Positions 60,970 to 64,000 of a DNA stretch of 64,000 nucleotides are shown here, piece by piece (positions within the stretch are counted from its first letter, which is position 1; every line of letters starts with the position of its first letter). A program made the translations under genes and the position numbers. The stretch is from Prorocentrum cordatum. Taxonomy: Eukaryota. Where the stretch lies: contig CAUYUJ010000303.1 of the NCBI GenBank assembly GCA_963575745.1, forward strand, positions 248,001-312,000. The letters are read 5' to 3'. The notes below the pieces were generated by a model, which saw only the letters and a list, made by a program, of their open reading frames with translations, did not search any database and was not told where the DNA came from.

Positions 60970-61477
60970 GTTGCCGCAAAGCACGTCGTGGTGCTTGCGG
61001 GAGCGTTCGCCATCCTGCTCGTCGGCCGCGGCTGCGTTGCCGCCGATGACTTAGCCAAGACCTCGGAGGAACGCTGCCTGATGGAGGACGATTCGCACAA
61101 CTGCGACGACACGGGTGTCGGGCCCCAGCGAACCGCAAATCGCGAACATTTGGAAGGACGAGACGCCGTACCACAAACAATATGAGGAGGCGAGAGTGGA
61201 GGATATACCGATCGATTTCCAGAACCTCAGTTCCACCATGCATCGCCAGCATAAACATCCTGGCGACGTGCATCTCCGTTCCTCGGAGTGTGAGTTGGAG
61301 TGCCCTCAAGCAAACACTTACTGCTGCGTCGGGCCGGTTGTTTCTGGTTCGCGGGAGGTTCCAACTTGCTGTGTGGGTGGTAAGGTTGCTCCAGGATATT
61401 ATTGCGCATGTGGATATTGGGGCCAGTGCACAAGGGGGTATCGTTGTAGTAGTGACATGATATGTAGCCCGTGCTAG
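60970..61477 (+). pseudogene. Processed pseudogene of a small secreted precursor with a C-terminal 12-Cys domain
   Basis: Signal-like AAKHVVVLAGAFAILLVGRGCVAA with no ATG (GTT at 60970); probable 1-nt frameshift in the C-run at 61123-61126; ends CELEC...CC...CC...CAC...C...C...CSPC*. Confidence 0.7.
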
Positions 61478-62238
61478 CTCAATTGTCCTCTTCTGAATCC
61501 CGCTCGGTCTAACGTCCTGCCCGCTCGTACGATAACCCGCGCGCTCATTTTAAAGTCGCGTTCGCCGGGTCTGTCCGCCCGGCGCGACCCCAGCGAAGCG
61601 AGATTGGCAACGCGAGATGGGGGAAGCGAACCGTAAGGGCAACAACAAAAATGGCCCCATGGCGTCGCAAGAAGGCGCCAAGACGCTCCAAGGTGCCTCC
61701 CACAAGCCTATCAAAATGCCCCCAAGAGGGCAACACATTCCAATTCCGTTTGGGAACGTACACTTTTAGCAGAAGCACCTTTTCGCGTTTCCGACGCTCC
61801 AAACAGTCCAAGGAAGCCCCGAAGACCGCTTTAACGGAGCCCATGAAGGCCCAGCAGACCCCAAGACAACCCGAGAGGGACCCAAGACGGCCCAAGAGAC
61901 ACCCCAGAGGGCCCCAATACAGCTTTAAACGAGGGGGCCCAGACAGGGGATCCGAACGGACTTTCGGGGTCCTCGACCCCGAGAGGCCCCCAGGAGGCCC
62001 CCAAGAGGCGCCCGGGAGGCCCCCAAGGGGTCCCGAAGAGGCTCACGAGGGGCCCCCCAAAGCCCCCCAAACGGCCCCCAAGAGACACTGAACCGGGCCC
62101 CAAGAGCCTCGGAACTGCTTCCAGGATCTCCCAAGAGACTTGCCACGAGATTCGAACGAACTGTTCAGATGCTTCAATGAGGAGCGCCAGACGCCTCCAG
62201 GACGACCCCAGATGGCCAGTTGTCGTCGCCGAGTTCGT

Positions 62239-62282
<44 letters not shown>

Positions 62283-63295
62283 GTCATCGTCGTCGTCGTC
62301 GTGCGGAGGTGACATGACCACCTCAAATCATGACATCTCAGAGTCCACAGTTTACGAGGATGTCATAGGCGAACGTAGCTGGACCACCATAGGACAGGGC
62401 ATGAGGTCAGAATTGCAAGGATATCTCAGGCCAATGTGTCCTGACCACCTCAGCTCAGGGCATCTCGGAATCCAGGGTTCCCCGGATGTCCCAGGCGAAA
62501 GTGGCCGAGCCGCCATGGAGCGTGGTATCTCCTAGGTCGAGGATGTCTGAGGCGAAAGTGGACTGACCACCCCAGCTCAGGGCCTCTCGGATCCCAGAGT
62601 TTCGAGGATGTCCTAGGCGAAAGCGGCCGAATCACCAGGGGGAACGTAAAGAACGGCCCAAGACGCTCCCAAGCAGTCCACAACACCATGTGGACGGCTT
62701 TCCACGCTCCCAGGAGGCCTCCATAAGACCCCCATCGAGGTCCGAGAGGCGCCCCGGTAAAGCCCGAAGATGCCAAAATCGTAGATTTTGATTGTTGTTC
62801 TGTGTTTTGTGACCTCGCGTGTTCGAACTTCCAACAGGGCAAGACCACCCAGGACGGGTCCTAGACGGGCCCAGACAACTCCAAAATTGCCGAAGAGGCG
62901 CCCGGTACCGCGCCCCCCGGCCTCCCTGGGAGCTCCCAGAACTTTCCAGGACGCCCCAAGACAGCCCCAAGAACCCCTCATTATGCAAAAGAAAAGCCGA
63001 AGATGCTCTCAAACAGTCCAAAACAGTCTGCTGACGGCTCTCCAGACTTACGGGAGGCCTCCAGACGCCTCCAAGACATTGCATGAGAATTCTTTACGCT
63101 TCGCGTATCCCCACCAGCCCATCTCACAACAGTAACTCTTGCGAGGCATGCCGACAGTCGTGTGTTTCAGGCGTGTGTCCGCTTGCCCCCGCATGTCTCC
63201 CCTGTTCCTCCTTCCTCCCGCCTCCTTGTACATCCTCCTTGTGGGGGGAGCGGGAGAAGGACGAGGCGGAGGAGGAGGGAGAGAAATCGCTCCTC

Positions 63296-63720
63296 GTGGT
63301 TTGAGTCGTTTGGGGCTTCTCGTCCTGGTGTGAGTCGTTCGGGCCCTTTTTCCTGGTGTGAGTCGTTCGGGCTCTTCGTGGTGTGAGTCGTTCGGGCTCT
63401 TCGTCCTGGTGTGAGTCGTTCGGGTTTCTCGTGGTGTGAGTTGTTCGGGCCCCTCGTCCTGGTGTGAGTCGTTCGGGCCCCTCCTCCTGGTGTGACTCGT
63501 TCGGGCTCCTCGTGGTGTGAGTCGTTCGGGGCCCTCGTCGTGGTGTGAGTCGTTCGGGCTCCTCGTGGTGTGAGTCGTTCGGGCGCCTCGTCCTGGTGTG
63601 AGTCGTTCGGGCCCCTCCTTCTGGTGTGAGTCGTTCGGGCTCTTCGTGGTGTGAGTCGTTCGGGCCCCTCGTCCTGGTGTGAGTCGTTCGGGCTCCTCGT
63701 GGCGTGAGGCGTTCGGGCAC
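63296..63720. repeat. About 24-30-bp minisatellite (ggtgtgagtcgttcgggc...)
   Basis: Directly visible. Confidence 0.95.
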
Positions 63721-64000
63721 CTCGTCCCCTTTGGGGGCGTCTTGGGGGCCTCTTGGCGGCCCCAGGGGCTTCTAGGAGCGTCTTGGGTGCCTTGGGGGAG
63801 CCTCTTCGGGCCTCTTGGGAGCCTCTTGGAGGCCGTTTGGGGCGTCTTGGGGGCCTCTTGGCGGCCCCAGGGGCTTCCAGGAGCGTCTTGGGTGCCTCGG
63901 GGGAGCCTCTTGGGGCCTCTTGGTGGCCTCTTGGGGGCATCTTGGGGACCTCTTGGAGGCCTCTTGGGGGCCTCCTGGGGGGCCTCTTGGGGCCATCTTG

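Overview
Repeat-saturated, GC-rich eukaryotic DNA, almost certainly dinoflagellate, because several near-perfect copies of the 22-nt DinoSL spliced leader (DCCGTAGCCATTTTGGCTCAAG) sit directly upstream of intronless genes. Most ORF-track entries are shadows of microsatellites and satellites. The main feature is a 7.6-kb minus-strand tyrosine-recombinase retrotransposon (38405-45996) with PAT/Ngaro-type split direct repeats (A1-ORFs-B1-A2-B2). It carries a gag-like ORF, RT (YVDD), RNase H and a tyrosine recombinase. A complete C5 cytosine-methyltransferase domain is inserted INSIDE its RNase H domain. A segmental duplication in the window preserves the empty target site (about 12965), so the element ends can be read almost to the nucleotide. 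The recognisable host genes all look like SL-headed retrocopies on the + strand: two copies of a secreted DNRLRE/CBM96-like + PT-repeat + GDPH-domain protein (one intact and bracketed by a 20-bp TSD), a frameshifted Golgi-type sulfotransferase, and a frameshifted secreted 12-Cys peptide precursor. The rest is MITEs, foldback elements, minisatellites and degenerate coding debris I cannot identify. All calls are by eye; no database search was run.
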